62,492 nucleotides of DNA from positions 1 through 62,492 of the forward strand of contig DCDF01000240.1 in the NCBI GenBank assembly GCA_002316295.1, read 5' to 3'. Made by a program: the position numbers and the translations under genes. The notes beneath the pieces were generated by a model. It searched no databases, had not been told where the DNA came from, and saw nothing but the letters and a program-made list of their open reading frames with translations. The stretch comes from Syntrophaceae bacterium UBA1062. GTDB lineage: Bacteria; Desulfobacterota; Desulfomonilia; UBA1062. Shown here one piece after another: positions 9,580 through 17,872 of this stretch; position 1 is the stretch's first letter, and every line of letters begins with the position of its first letter.

Positions 9580-9796
9580 AACCCCCCATTATACGACAAT
9601 CGATATGATTATTCTATTATATTACAACAGATAAGGGAACGGTGTCGTACAGGCTTTCCCGGACAGGGCGTTCGCCGGCCATGAATGCACCACAAATGAA
9701 TTCCTCGCATCATGATACCGGGAGACATTCATAAATTATTGACACACGCACCATGTCCATGCAATATCTTGCAAGACATCCCACTGGGGGCTTGAA

Positions 9797-10042
9797 ATGG
9801 GGTTTGGAGAAATAAAAAGTAATACAAAACTCATCGGCATCGCCGTCGGGGTGGTGCTCCTGATCATTTTCCTCCTCCAGAATTTCGAGATGACCTCGTT
9901 TCAATTCCTCGTTTTCACCCTGTTCGTGGCGCCCAAATGGCTGGTGGTCACGGTCACTTTCCTCCTGGGATTCATGCTCGGCTATCTCTATGCAAAGAAG
10001 AAGTCCTGGACCGGAGCGAAGAGAAGCGAGCCGCTCGTCTAG
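9797..10042 (+). CDS. small membrane protein, LapA/DUF1049-like
   Basis: 81 aa. Two hydrophobic helices followed by a basic tail (YAKKKSW). Confidence 0.55.
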   Translation: MGFGEIKSNTKLIGIAVGVVLLIIFLLQNFEMTSFQFLVFTLFVAPKWLVVTVTFLLGFMLGYLYAKKKSWTGAKRSEPLV

Positions 10043-10264
10043 CCTTCTCAGCAGCTCGTCTCGAATGAGACCATTCGCTCCTCACCCTTGAAGCGTCCCC
10101 GGGCCTTACCCGCCTGATCCTTGCAGACCTTCTTCGAACGATGCCGGTAAAGACCGGCGGTCTTCAAGCAGGTCTCGTTCGACAGAGGCGTATGGAGGGC
10201 GAAAAGACGGATGGGGAGGAGCGCGCAGACTCAGGAAGGAAGTATTGCTTGAGAAAAAGAGGTT

Positions 10265-10339
10265 TGGAGCGGGAAACGGGATTCGAACCCGCGACTTTAA
10301 CCTTGGCAAGGTTACACTCTACCACTGAGTTATTCCCGC
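10265..10339 (-). tRNA. tRNA-Gly (anticodon GCC)
   Basis: The reverse strand reads GCGGGAATAACTCAGTGGTAGAGTGTAACCTTGCCAAGGTTAAAGTCGCGGGTTCGAATCCCGTTTCCCGCTCCA. It folds into a full cloverleaf: 7-bp acceptor stem, anticodon loop TTGCCAA, TTCGAAT T-loop, encoded CCA. Confidence 0.95.
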
Positions 10340-10597
10340 CCAAAAACATCCCACCTTATAAGCAACAACTTTTCCTTTGTCAAGGTGCTTTTGCCTGCCT
10401 TCGGCCGGGCTTATACCCTGTGATCTCCTGTTTTCTCAGGTTCAGTTCTCTGAGGTGATTATCAAATTACCGCCCCCGATATCCATTGACAAATTCCCCT
10501 CCTCTCTTACCTTTCTCTTATGTAGGAAGCGTGATGTCTTGTTGATGGCAAGAGGAAGCATCCTACCTTGTGAACCGATACTGAGAAGAGGTGTCTC

Positions 10598-11482
10598 ATG
10601 AGTGGAAGCGAGAAGGCGAACCCCGATCTTCAGACAATCATCAGGCAATGGCTGAAGACAGGAAGCCCATCAGGGGCGGAGACTGAGCCTGGCAGCGGCG
10701 AACGTTCCTCCGAGCAAGGACAGAAAGCGCAGGCTGAACGGCTTTCGAAAGACGCCTACTTTTCCATGATGAGAACCTTCCAGGCGGTCTCATCGGCCAT
10801 GAGCGAGCCGCCGGTCCTCGACGCCCTCTTCCGCAGTGCGAACATTCTTCCGGATATCGTGTCCACCTTTGTCATCACAGGGTTGAAAGGATATTTCGCC
10901 CTCCATCAGCAGGTCATCGACAAGATGGGGAAAATTGGAAGCCATACAGACGCGTACAGCTTCGACAACATTGATCAGGAAGCCCTGCGCGTCTGGTCCG
11001 AGATTTACAAGAATGAGATCAGGCAGTACTTCAACGTGCCTCAGCTGGGCCTGAGCAGATTTTACCAGGAAAGAGTCAACCAGGCTCTCGACAAGTTCAA
11101 TATCTTCAGCTCTGCTCTGGCCGAATTTCTTCAGCTGCTCTCACTGCCTTTTGAAAAATCCTTTCGCGTTCTGCAGGAAAAGATCGAAGATCTCACCAGA
11201 ACCGGGAGCCTCCCGGAAGATTCCCGTGGGTATTATCAGATGTGGGTGAAAATCCTCGAAGGTCATTTCATGACCCTGTTCCAGTCGCCCGAGTACAACA
11301 AGTCTCTCGGCGAGACGATGACGGCGCTGGAGGACTACATCTCCGCCCGCAACAGGATTCTTCAGGACATGCTCCAGTCGATGCCTGTGCCGACGAGAAA
11401 GGAGATGGATGATCTTTATAAGGAAATATATCTCCTGAAAAAGAAGGTCCGCGATCTCGAAAAGGCGAACGGGAAGCAGTAG
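10598..11482 (+). CDS. phaE: class III PHA synthase subunit PhaE
   Basis: 294 aa. Conserved PhaE tail YQMWVKILEGHF...PEYNKSLGE...PVPTRKEMDDLYKEIYLLKKKVRDLEK. 16 nt upstream of phaC. Confidence 0.8.
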   Translation: MSGSEKANPDLQTIIRQWLKTGSPSGAETEPGSGERSSEQGQKAQAERLSKDAYFSMMRTFQAVSSAMSEPPVLDALFRSANILPDIVSTFVITGLKGYFALHQQVIDKMGKIGSHTDAYSFDNIDQEALRVWSEIYKNEIRQYFNVPQLGLSRFYQERVNQALDKFNIFSSALAEFLQLLSLPFEKSFRVLQEKIEDLTRTGSLPEDSRGYYQMWVKILEGHFMTLFQSPEYNKSLGETMTALEDYISARNRILQDMLQSMPVPTRKEMDDLYKEIYLLKKKVRDLEKANGKQ

Positions 11483-11498
11483 CAACAAAGGAGAAGCC

Positions 11499-12764
11499 AT
11501 GAACAAGCCGAAAATACCTGTGGATATCATTCTGAAACATCTTGCCGAGCAGGCGGAGGTGAGCCGGGAGCGGGTGCAGAAGGCGACCGATGTCCTGCTT
11601 GGCAACCTCGATACCGATATCGCAGCCACCCCGTACGAGGTGGTGTATGAGGAAGACCGTGTCAAACTCAAACACTATGCACGGTCTCCGAAGGCGGAAG
11701 ACGCCATGCAGACCCCTCTTCTGGTGGTCTACGCGCTCATCAACCGCGAGACTATGCTCGATCTCCAGCCGGAACGAAGCGTCGTGAAAAGCTTACTGGC
11801 AGACGGGGTCAATCTCTACATGGTGGACTGGGGATACCCCACCTATAAGGACAAGTTCCTCACCATAGACGATCATGTCAACGGCTATATGGACAATATC
11901 GTCGATTTCATCCTGAAGCGGGAAAAGGTCGAAAAGATCAACCTCATGGGAATCTGCATGGGGGGAACCTTCAGCGTCATGTATTCCGCCCTTCATCCCC
12001 ACAAGGTCAAAAACCTGGTGACCACGGTATGTCCTACGAACTTCGATACGAGGCAGGGGCTGCTGCACATCTGGATGAAGTGGATGGATGTGGACAAAAT
12101 GATCGACACCTTCGGCAACATGCCCGGGGACCTCATGAATTTCGGGTTTCTCCTGCTCAATCCGGCACGCCTCATGATAGACAAGTATATCGGATTCCTG
12201 GAAAATATGGACAACAAGGCCTTTGTCGAGAATTTCGTCAGGATGGAGAAATGGATTTTCGACAGCCCCGACGTGCCGGGTGAGACCTTCCGGCAGTTCA
12301 CCAAGGATCTCTACCAGAACAATCTCCTGATCGAGAACAGGCTTCACATCGGCGGCAGACATGTAGATCTCCGCAATATCACCATGCCGATGCTCAACAT
12401 ATACGCCCGGTACGACCATCTGGTGCCTCCGGAGGCGGCCGAAAAGATCACCAGTGTGGTAGGGAGCACCGACACCGAGAACGTGTGCCTCGAGACCGGA
12501 CATATCGGTATCTACGTCAGCTCCAAGACGCAGAAGGAGTTCGCTCCGAAAATCATCAGCTGGCTCAGGGAAAGAGAAGGCCGGCGTGAACCCGTGAACC
12601 AGGCCGGCCTGTACCGGAGAAAGTCCGTGCCGAAAAGGGCGCGTTCTTCCATAAGAAACTCATCTCTCAGCACCAAAAGAAAGAAGGAGTTGAGCCATGC
12701 CGGAAAGAAAAGACTTTTTTTCAACAATTTGCAAGGTGAGCAGGGCGTTCGGGACCACCCTTGA
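11499..12764 (+). CDS. phaC: class III PHA synthase catalytic subunit PhaC with basic C-terminal extension
   Basis: 421 aa. Lipase-box Cys GICMGG, Asp (ARYDHLVP), His (ETGHIGIY). The canonical end ...KIISWL is followed by 65 extra residues. Confidence 0.9.
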   Translation: MNKPKIPVDIILKHLAEQAEVSRERVQKATDVLLGNLDTDIAATPYEVVYEEDRVKLKHYARSPKAEDAMQTPLLVVYALINRETMLDLQPERSVVKSLLADGVNLYMVDWGYPTYKDKFLTIDDHVNGYMDNIVDFILKREKVEKINLMGICMGGTFSVMYSALHPHKVKNLVTTVCPTNFDTRQGLLHIWMKWMDVDKMIDTFGNMPGDLMNFGFLLLNPARLMIDKYIGFLENMDNKAFVENFVRMEKWIFDSPDVPGETFRQFTKDLYQNNLLIENRLHIGGRHVDLRNITMPMLNIYARYDHLVPPEAAEKITSVVGSTDTENVCLETGHIGIYVSSKTQKEFAPKIISWLREREGRREPVNQAGLYRRKSVPKRARSSIRNSSLSTKRKKELSHAGKKRLFFNNLQGEQGVRDHP

Positions 12765-13749
12765 GAAGGAGGACCTGCTGGACCTGATCGTCCAGAGCGC
12801 CATCGAAACCATGAATGGAAAGGCTGCAAGCCTTTTCATGCAGGATGAAGACCGGAAGAGCCCGTATTACTTCCCCATCGCGCAGAAAGGGCTCTCCAGC
12901 AACTATCTCCACATGGAGCCGAAAGAGGCGAAACGCGCCGCCGACGAGATTCTCAAGAAGGGATACATTGCCATACACGATGCAACCAAGGATACCCGGG
13001 TCCAGAACCACGCACTGAAAAAGGCCGAGGGAATAGCCTCCATTCTCGTCGTGCCGGTAATGGTCAGAAACACCGTGATCGGTGTTCTCGGACTGTACAC
13101 CGCAACACCCAGACGATTTACCGATGAGGAGATCGAGTTCCTCACCGCACTGGCCGAGCAGGGAGGAATGGCTATCGAGCATGCGAGGCTCGTGGAGCAG
13201 ATCCGCAGGAACACCGATCTCTTCCTCAACCTCTCGACGAATATCAACTCCAGCTTGGACATCAGAGACATCCTGGACATTCTCACCGTTGACGTTGCGA
13301 GGGCCTTCGGGGTAAAGGCCGTCTCCGTACGCCTCCTGGACAGGGAGAAGAAGATCCTTCAGCTGGTGAGCAGCTACGGTCTGAGCGAGAAATATCTCAA
13401 GAAGGGGCCGGTCTATGCGGAGAAGAGCATCGCCGAGGCACTCAAAGGAAATATCGTGGCGATCCGCGACGCCTCCACGGATGAGGGAGTGCAGTACAAG
13501 AACGAGAAAAAAGCGGAGGGGATCATGTCGATTCTCTGTGTGCCCATCAAGGCCATGAATGAGATTATCGGCGTGCTCAGGCTCTACAGCGGAGTCCCCC
13601 GGGTGTTTACCGAAGACGAGATCAAGCTGGCTACCGCCATAGCCAACCAGGGGGGTCTGGCGATTCATAATGCATCGCTGTATCTTATGCTCAAGGAGGA
13701 CATCAAGGATCTCAGGGATGATATCTGGAGCCACCGGTTGTGGTTCTGA
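12697..13749 (+). CDS. tandem GAF-domain protein (no output domain)
   Basis: 350 aa. Internal duplication: SILVVPVMVRNTVIGVLGLYTATPRRFTDEEIEFLTALAEQGGMAIEHARL versus SILCVPIKAMNEIIGVLRLYSGVPRVFTEDEIKLATAIANQGGLAIHNASL. AAGGAG RBS 7 nt upstream. Overlaps the phaC tail by 68 nt. Confidence 0.85.
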   Translation: MPERKDFFSTICKVSRAFGTTLEKEDLLDLIVQSAIETMNGKAASLFMQDEDRKSPYYFPIAQKGLSSNYLHMEPKEAKRAADEILKKGYIAIHDATKDTRVQNHALKKAEGIASILVVPVMVRNTVIGVLGLYTATPRRFTDEEIEFLTALAEQGGMAIEHARLVEQIRRNTDLFLNLSTNINSSLDIRDILDILTVDVARAFGVKAVSVRLLDREKKILQLVSSYGLSEKYLKKGPVYAEKSIAEALKGNIVAIRDASTDEGVQYKNEKKAEGIMSILCVPIKAMNEIIGVLRLYSGVPRVFTEDEIKLATAIANQGGLAIHNASLYLMLKEDIKDLRDDIWSHRLWF

Positions 13750-13849
13750 TGATTCCGGAATGCATTCTCTTCCCGCATGCGGCTTCTTCCTGTCCACCCG
13801 TTGCTCTTAAGGCCGGCGTGGACGGAAATTGTACAAAAGGAGTTTCCAT

Positions 13850-14278
13850 ATGCCAGGAAAAACCATATCCGAGATGAAGATTGGTGATTACGCGGAATTC
13901 GCCAAAACAATCGCCGAGGCCGATATCTATCTGTTTGCAGGTCTTACCGGAGATCTCAACCCGGCTCATGTCAACGAAGAATATGCCAGGGAAACCTTTT
14001 TCAAGACACGTATCGCCCACGGGATTCTCCAGGCCGGCTTCATTTCCGCAGCGATCGGGATGCAGCTGCCCGGCCCCGGAACCATCTACATCCGACAGGA
14101 GCTCAATTTCCTGGCTCCTGTCCGGATCGGTGATACCGTCACCGCCCGCGTGGAAGTCGCCGAGATAAACGCGGAGAAAAACCGTGTCGTGCTCAAGACC
14201 ACGTGCAGAAACCAGAACCAGGAGACGGTTCTGGACGGGCAAGCCCTGGTGAGCCCTCCCAAGTCGCCGAAAAAATAG
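13850..14278 (+). CDS. phaJ: (R)-specific enoyl-CoA hydratase, MaoC/hot-dog family
   Basis: Hydratase-2 motif LFAGLTGDLNPAHV. The ATG at 13850 with an AAAGGAG RBS is preferred over the TTG at 13829. Confidence 0.85.
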   Translation: MPGKTISEMKIGDYAEFAKTIAEADIYLFAGLTGDLNPAHVNEEYARETFFKTRIAHGILQAGFISAAIGMQLPGPGTIYIRQELNFLAPVRIGDTVTARVEVAEINAEKNRVVLKTTCRNQNQETVLDGQALVSPPKSPKK

Positions 14279-14384
14279 GCTTGGCGCACCCGCCCGCTAC
14301 ACTGCTGTCCGTCGGTCACCCATATGTGATGACAGAGATGCGCACCGCTGTTCAGCACACAAAGGGCGACATGCTCGAACCAGG

Positions 14385-14957
14385 CTATGACTTGCTTCTG
14401 GTCCGCGATCCCTTCTTGGTTGCCGCCTCCGCAGCCTTGTGCGTTTCTTCAGTGCCCGCGGTTTCCTGGAAGATCTTTGAAAAACTGATCATCATATCCT
14501 GAAACTGTTGCGTCTGCTTCTTCATCAGGTTCTGAAATGCACTGATGCCTTCTCCCTGCAGAGAGAGCCTCTCGTCAAGGACACTCCGGAGACGGCCGAT
14601 TTCTTCCTCCTGGCGCTGTGTCTTTTCCTTGAGCTCCTCGTAGTCCTTGAGCAGAGCCTGATATTCCGACTGAAGGGGGTAGTTCCAGGGGCAGCTCATA
14701 AGCGAGAGGAATCCACCCGTGAAAGATTTTTGAAAATCTTCTGCGGCCTTGATGGAGGCGCTGAAATATTCCGGGAGATCACGGAGGAAGAAATCCATGC
14801 CCCACCACTTGGCGTACATTTCGAAAAGATCCTGAAAACTTCCCAGGTCGCCTTTCATCATACGGGAAAAGTCTTCCATGAGCTTCTGGCCCCGCGCGGC
14901 GTTGAGGAACATGTTTCCCCAGAGCTCAAACGCCTGTGTCTGCGTCTGCATGATCAT
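14385..14957 (-). CDS. short PhaE-like coiled-coil partner of the second PHA synthase
   Basis: 190 aa. FEMYAKWWGMDFFLRDLPEYFSASIKAAEDF aligns by eye with PhaE YQMWVKILEGHFMTLFQSPEYNKSLGETMTALEDY and is followed by a coiled coil (EYQALLKDYEELKEKTQRQEEEIGRL). Overlaps or abuts the upstream gene stop. The alternative ATG at 14951 has better AGGAGG spacing. Confidence 0.5.
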   Translation of the reverse strand: MIMQTQTQAFELWGNMFLNAARGQKLMEDFSRMMKGDLGSFQDLFEMYAKWWGMDFFLRDLPEYFSASIKAAEDFQKSFTGGFLSLMSCPWNYPLQSEYQALLKDYEELKEKTQRQEEEIGRLRSVLDERLSLQGEGISAFQNLMKKQTQQFQDMMISFSKIFQETAGTEETHKAAEAATKKGSRTRSKS

Positions 14958-16531
14958 CCTCCTTTGTACGATGGATCGCTCTCCAGCTGGAAAAGAACCG
15001 GACCGCGGTAATTCTTCTCTCCGAACCGCTTGTCCAGTGCGAATTCAGATTTCGGATTGGACCAGGACGTGGCGATGGCAAGATGGCCCTTGGGGAATTC
15101 ACTCACTTCGACATCGATGAAGTCCCGGGGAGCAAGCGCCGTTTCCTTCTCCACCAAGTCATCCCTCTCACCGTAGCAGATGAGCCACTTCACTCCCTTC
15201 TGCGGCAGGCGGTGGAGATCCAGCTTCCTGCCGAAAAGGCGTACCGGCAGAACCCCTTCTGTGGTGATGGGGATGTTGTATGAACGGAAGCTCATCTTGG
15301 TGACCTCAAGAGGCAGGTCGGTCCGTTCATAGGAGAGCCAGTAGTTGATCGCCAGAGCGGTCTTGTTGAATCCATGCTTTGCCTTTCCGTCGGCTGAAAG
15401 CATGACCATGTCCCGATAGAAGCTGATGAGCGGAAACTCGTCGTCGATCGCCCTGAGCTTGTACACCCATCCCATCAGCTTCCCGTCGCCCACCCTGTTC
15501 CCGTTGGGCAAAGTCTTGGTGCCGTAGGCGAGATCGTTGAACCGCGGGGGGAGATTGTTCAGAAATGTGGCAAGCCCCGGGCTCCTGGTCCCGTCCATGG
15601 GGGAGACGCAGGTGATGAGCAAATCCACGAGATTGTCCAGCTCGCCCGAGAGAATCCCGCACAGAGAAGTAAATCCGCCCTGGCAGTATCCACACAGGGT
15701 TACCGGCTTTCCGTGCTCTTTTTTGACGATCTCGGAAAAGTAGGCGGTGTCTCGGACGTCGTCTTCGCCGGTCATGACCTGGAATGCGGGGGTCGTCCAG
15801 ATGTTCTTGGCGATCCGTATGTAGGTCGGTATCCCCCTGTTGGCGAAGGCGTGCACGAAACTCTTGTTGTCTCCGGGGAGAAAGGCGAGGATATTCGTGC
15901 CCAGCACAAACGGGGGGATAATGACGACCGGTTTGCCGTTTTTCCTGACCGATACGTCCGTACGGGAAGGAAGCACCTGGTAGAGCATGAACCTCTCGGT
16001 TTCCCCCGCTTTTCTGTAGCCTTCCTGATCGAAGTGAAATCCGTATTCGCTCCTGATGTTGCGGATGGCCTTGGGATACTCGTACACGACCTTTTCCATG
16101 AGGGCTTCGTGCTCGGAAAGCAGAGACTGAATGTCTTTGCCGTCCCTGGAAAAGACCGTATTGATCCACGCGTCTGTGATTTCTCCGTATCGAGGGAGGT
16201 AGTACTGACCGATAGTGGAGATGCTTGCTTTCAGGGCCCTCTGAGCAAGCTGCACATTCAGCAGGAGCAGCTTGGTGTAGTCCTGGATTGTCTGGGCGGG
16301 AGGGATTTCGAGGATTTTCTTTCTTTCGACAGCCTGGAAATAGCTCGATGAAATGACGAAGGCATCGATAAAGTCATGGAAGTAACGCAGCAGTCCGTTG
16401 AGGTAAACCTGCCCTTCCTTCCCTTGCGCCAGCGAGGCGAGCCACAGTTTCTCCACAGTATCGCTCAAACGCTCCAGGGGCTCCGTCTGAAACATCCGAT
16501 CGTACAGGTACTGGTTTTCGTCAGAAGCCAT
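14954..16531 (-). CDS. PHA synthase-like alpha/beta hydrolase with long N-terminal domain (PhaC2)
   Basis: Lipase-box Cys GYCQGG, Asp (YGERDDLV), His (FPKGHLAI), and PVVIIPPFVLGTNILAFLP resembling the PhaC N-domain. The ATG at 16531 follows AGGAGG+5 nt; the longest ORF starts at 16564. Confidence 0.8.
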   Translation of the reverse strand: MASDENQYLYDRMFQTEPLERLSDTVEKLWLASLAQGKEGQVYLNGLLRYFHDFIDAFVISSSYFQAVERKKILEIPPAQTIQDYTKLLLLNVQLAQRALKASISTIGQYYLPRYGEITDAWINTVFSRDGKDIQSLLSEHEALMEKVVYEYPKAIRNIRSEYGFHFDQEGYRKAGETERFMLYQVLPSRTDVSVRKNGKPVVIIPPFVLGTNILAFLPGDNKSFVHAFANRGIPTYIRIAKNIWTTPAFQVMTGEDDVRDTAYFSEIVKKEHGKPVTLCGYCQGGFTSLCGILSGELDNLVDLLITCVSPMDGTRSPGLATFLNNLPPRFNDLAYGTKTLPNGNRVGDGKLMGWVYKLRAIDDEFPLISFYRDMVMLSADGKAKHGFNKTALAINYWLSYERTDLPLEVTKMSFRSYNIPITTEGVLPVRLFGRKLDLHRLPQKGVKWLICYGERDDLVEKETALAPRDFIDVEVSEFPKGHLAIATSWSNPKSEFALDKRFGEKNYRGPVLFQLESDPSYKGG

Positions 16532-16564
16532 TGTCCCCTCCTGTGCGCGGCCGGGGCCGGTCAT

Positions 16565-16840
16565 TTATTTTTTCGATTTTTCCGCGGCGCTGAAATACTC
16601 GTCCACCTTTCGAAAATTCTCATCCACGGATTTCTTGAAATCATCTCTTCCCTTCTTGTAGGCGCCGATCCATTGATTCAGGACACTTTTGCCTTCTTCG
16701 GGGAGCCAGTTCGCCTGATCGAGGAAGGTCTTGGCCATCTTTTCCGTTTGCTCCTGAATCAACACCATTGCGTTGAAGCTGTTGTCGAAAGAGGCCTTCT
16801 GAAAATCAATCACCTGTCTTACCATCTGTTTCTGATCCAT
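16565..16840 (-). CDS. small phasin-like protein, paralog 1 (YKKGRDDFKK family)
   Basis: 91 aa, directly upstream of PhaC2. About half its residues are identical to the products of 17456..17836 and 17873..18151. Confidence 0.6.
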   Translation of the reverse strand: MDQKQMVRQVIDFQKASFDNSFNAMVLIQEQTEKMAKTFLDQANWLPEEGKSVLNQWIGAYKKGRDDFKKSVDENFRKVDEYFSAAEKSKK

Positions 16841-17214
16841 GCTGCTTCCTCCTTGGAATGGAATATCTCCCGCGGGGCATCTGTGTACCGCGCTTCACAG
16901 CCGGGACACAGCCGCCCCCGGGGCGTGAGCCGGATGGGGATTGGTCGGGATATCCATGAATCCGTCATCCGATGCATTCTTGAATAATACGATCCGTCTC
17001 GGTTCTTTCAAGATTCACCTGCTTTCAGCAGTTTTCCCGGCCGATATTCGAAGGCATGATTCGGCTGCTCGGTGATTGCGATCAACACCTCCGCAGGCGA
17101 TGCCTCTCCGATCCGCCCGTGCGGTATCACGATCCGGCTCCAGAGAGACGGCATGCCGGAGAGCCTGGGTAATTCTCCGATATTCCTTGACTTCAATCTC
17201 TTCCCTTGTCCCGA

Positions 17215-17380
17215 TCAGGTTATACTTCGAGTGAGCTTGCATGTCGTCGTCCTCTGTCGTCCCCGTACATCGGCGGCATGAAAACAGAGCGTCAAGCTCT
17301 TATTCGACCTCACTTCCTCCGGGATATCTGCAATTGCAAGAGCTTCAAGGCGATCCAGGAAAATATCAAAACAGTGATAT
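17215..17380 (-). pseudogene. possible decayed copy of the phasin-like family
   Basis: One reverse frame gives FDIFLDRLEALAIADIPEEVRSNKSLTL (compare FFLDRVPWMPEESKQLIL). A shifted frame gives MYGDDRGRR (compare MYKKGRDDLKR). No intact ORF or start codon. Confidence 0.25.
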
Positions 17381-17455
17381 TTTGGAGGATTTTCCGCGGC
17401 GCCGCCCGCCTGTGACCATTTTTCTTGAACGACCGGCAGACAGGCGGCTCTTCCC

Positions 17456-17836
17456 CTACTTTTCCGAACTCTTCTCCGCAGCTTTTCTCGATTCCGACGC
17501 AGCCCTGGAAGCCTGCTGAGCACTGCGTCTGGTTGTCTGCTGCGCCTGCTGGGCGGCACGCTCAGTAGCTTCGACTGTGGAAACCAGGTACGACTCCATT
17601 TTGTCATACCCGTCGTCCACGGCTCTCTTCAGATCGTCCCTGCCCTTTTTGTACATATTCCCCCACTCCAGGATTAACTGTTTGCTTTCCTCGGGCATCC
17701 ACGGGACCCTGTCAAGGAAGAAGCTGACGGACTTTTCCGCCTGGTCCTGGATAGTGACCATACTCCTGTACACGTTATCAAAGGCGCTTTTCTGAAAATC
17801 GAACGCCTGCTTGACCATGGTTTTCTGATCCATCAC
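17456..17836 (-). CDS. small phasin-like protein, paralog 2, with Ala/Gln/Ser-rich tail
   Basis: 126 aa. Shares DFQKSAFDN...IQDQAEK...FLD...WMPEESK...MYKKGRDDLKRAVDDGY with its paralogs. Confidence 0.6.
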   Translation of the reverse strand: MMDQKTMVKQAFDFQKSAFDNVYRSMVTIQDQAEKSVSFFLDRVPWMPEESKQLILEWGNMYKKGRDDLKRAVDDGYDKMESYLVSTVEATERAAQQAQQTTRRSAQQASRAASESRKAAEKSSEK

Positions 17837-17872
17837 CGGTCCCCCTTTCTCAAGTGCCCATCTATCGTCACA

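Noticed and set aside
9739-9767. TTGACA-N17-CAATAT as a promoter of the small membrane protein gene.
   Set aside because: The -35 is perfect, but the -10 matches the consensus at only 3 of 6 positions. This is too weak to report as a feature.
10546-10560. Sigma-54-like TGGCAAGAGGAAGCA upstream of phaE.
   Set aside because: The GG-to-GC spacing is one base short and TTGC is replaced by AAGC, so it is not a credible -24/-12 element.
10043-10597. Genomic island or integrated element at tRNA-Gly.
   Set aside because: No integrase, no direct repeat of the tRNA 3' end and no compositional break is visible. The adjacent PHA genes look like native chromosome.
17008-17242. ORFs 17015..17242(-) and 17008..17196(-) as a toxin-antitoxin pair or AbrB-like antitoxin.
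   Set aside because: The two ORFs overlap in different frames rather than being tandem, and neither shows a diagnostic motif. I treat them as frameshifted remnants (see the finding on the spacer).
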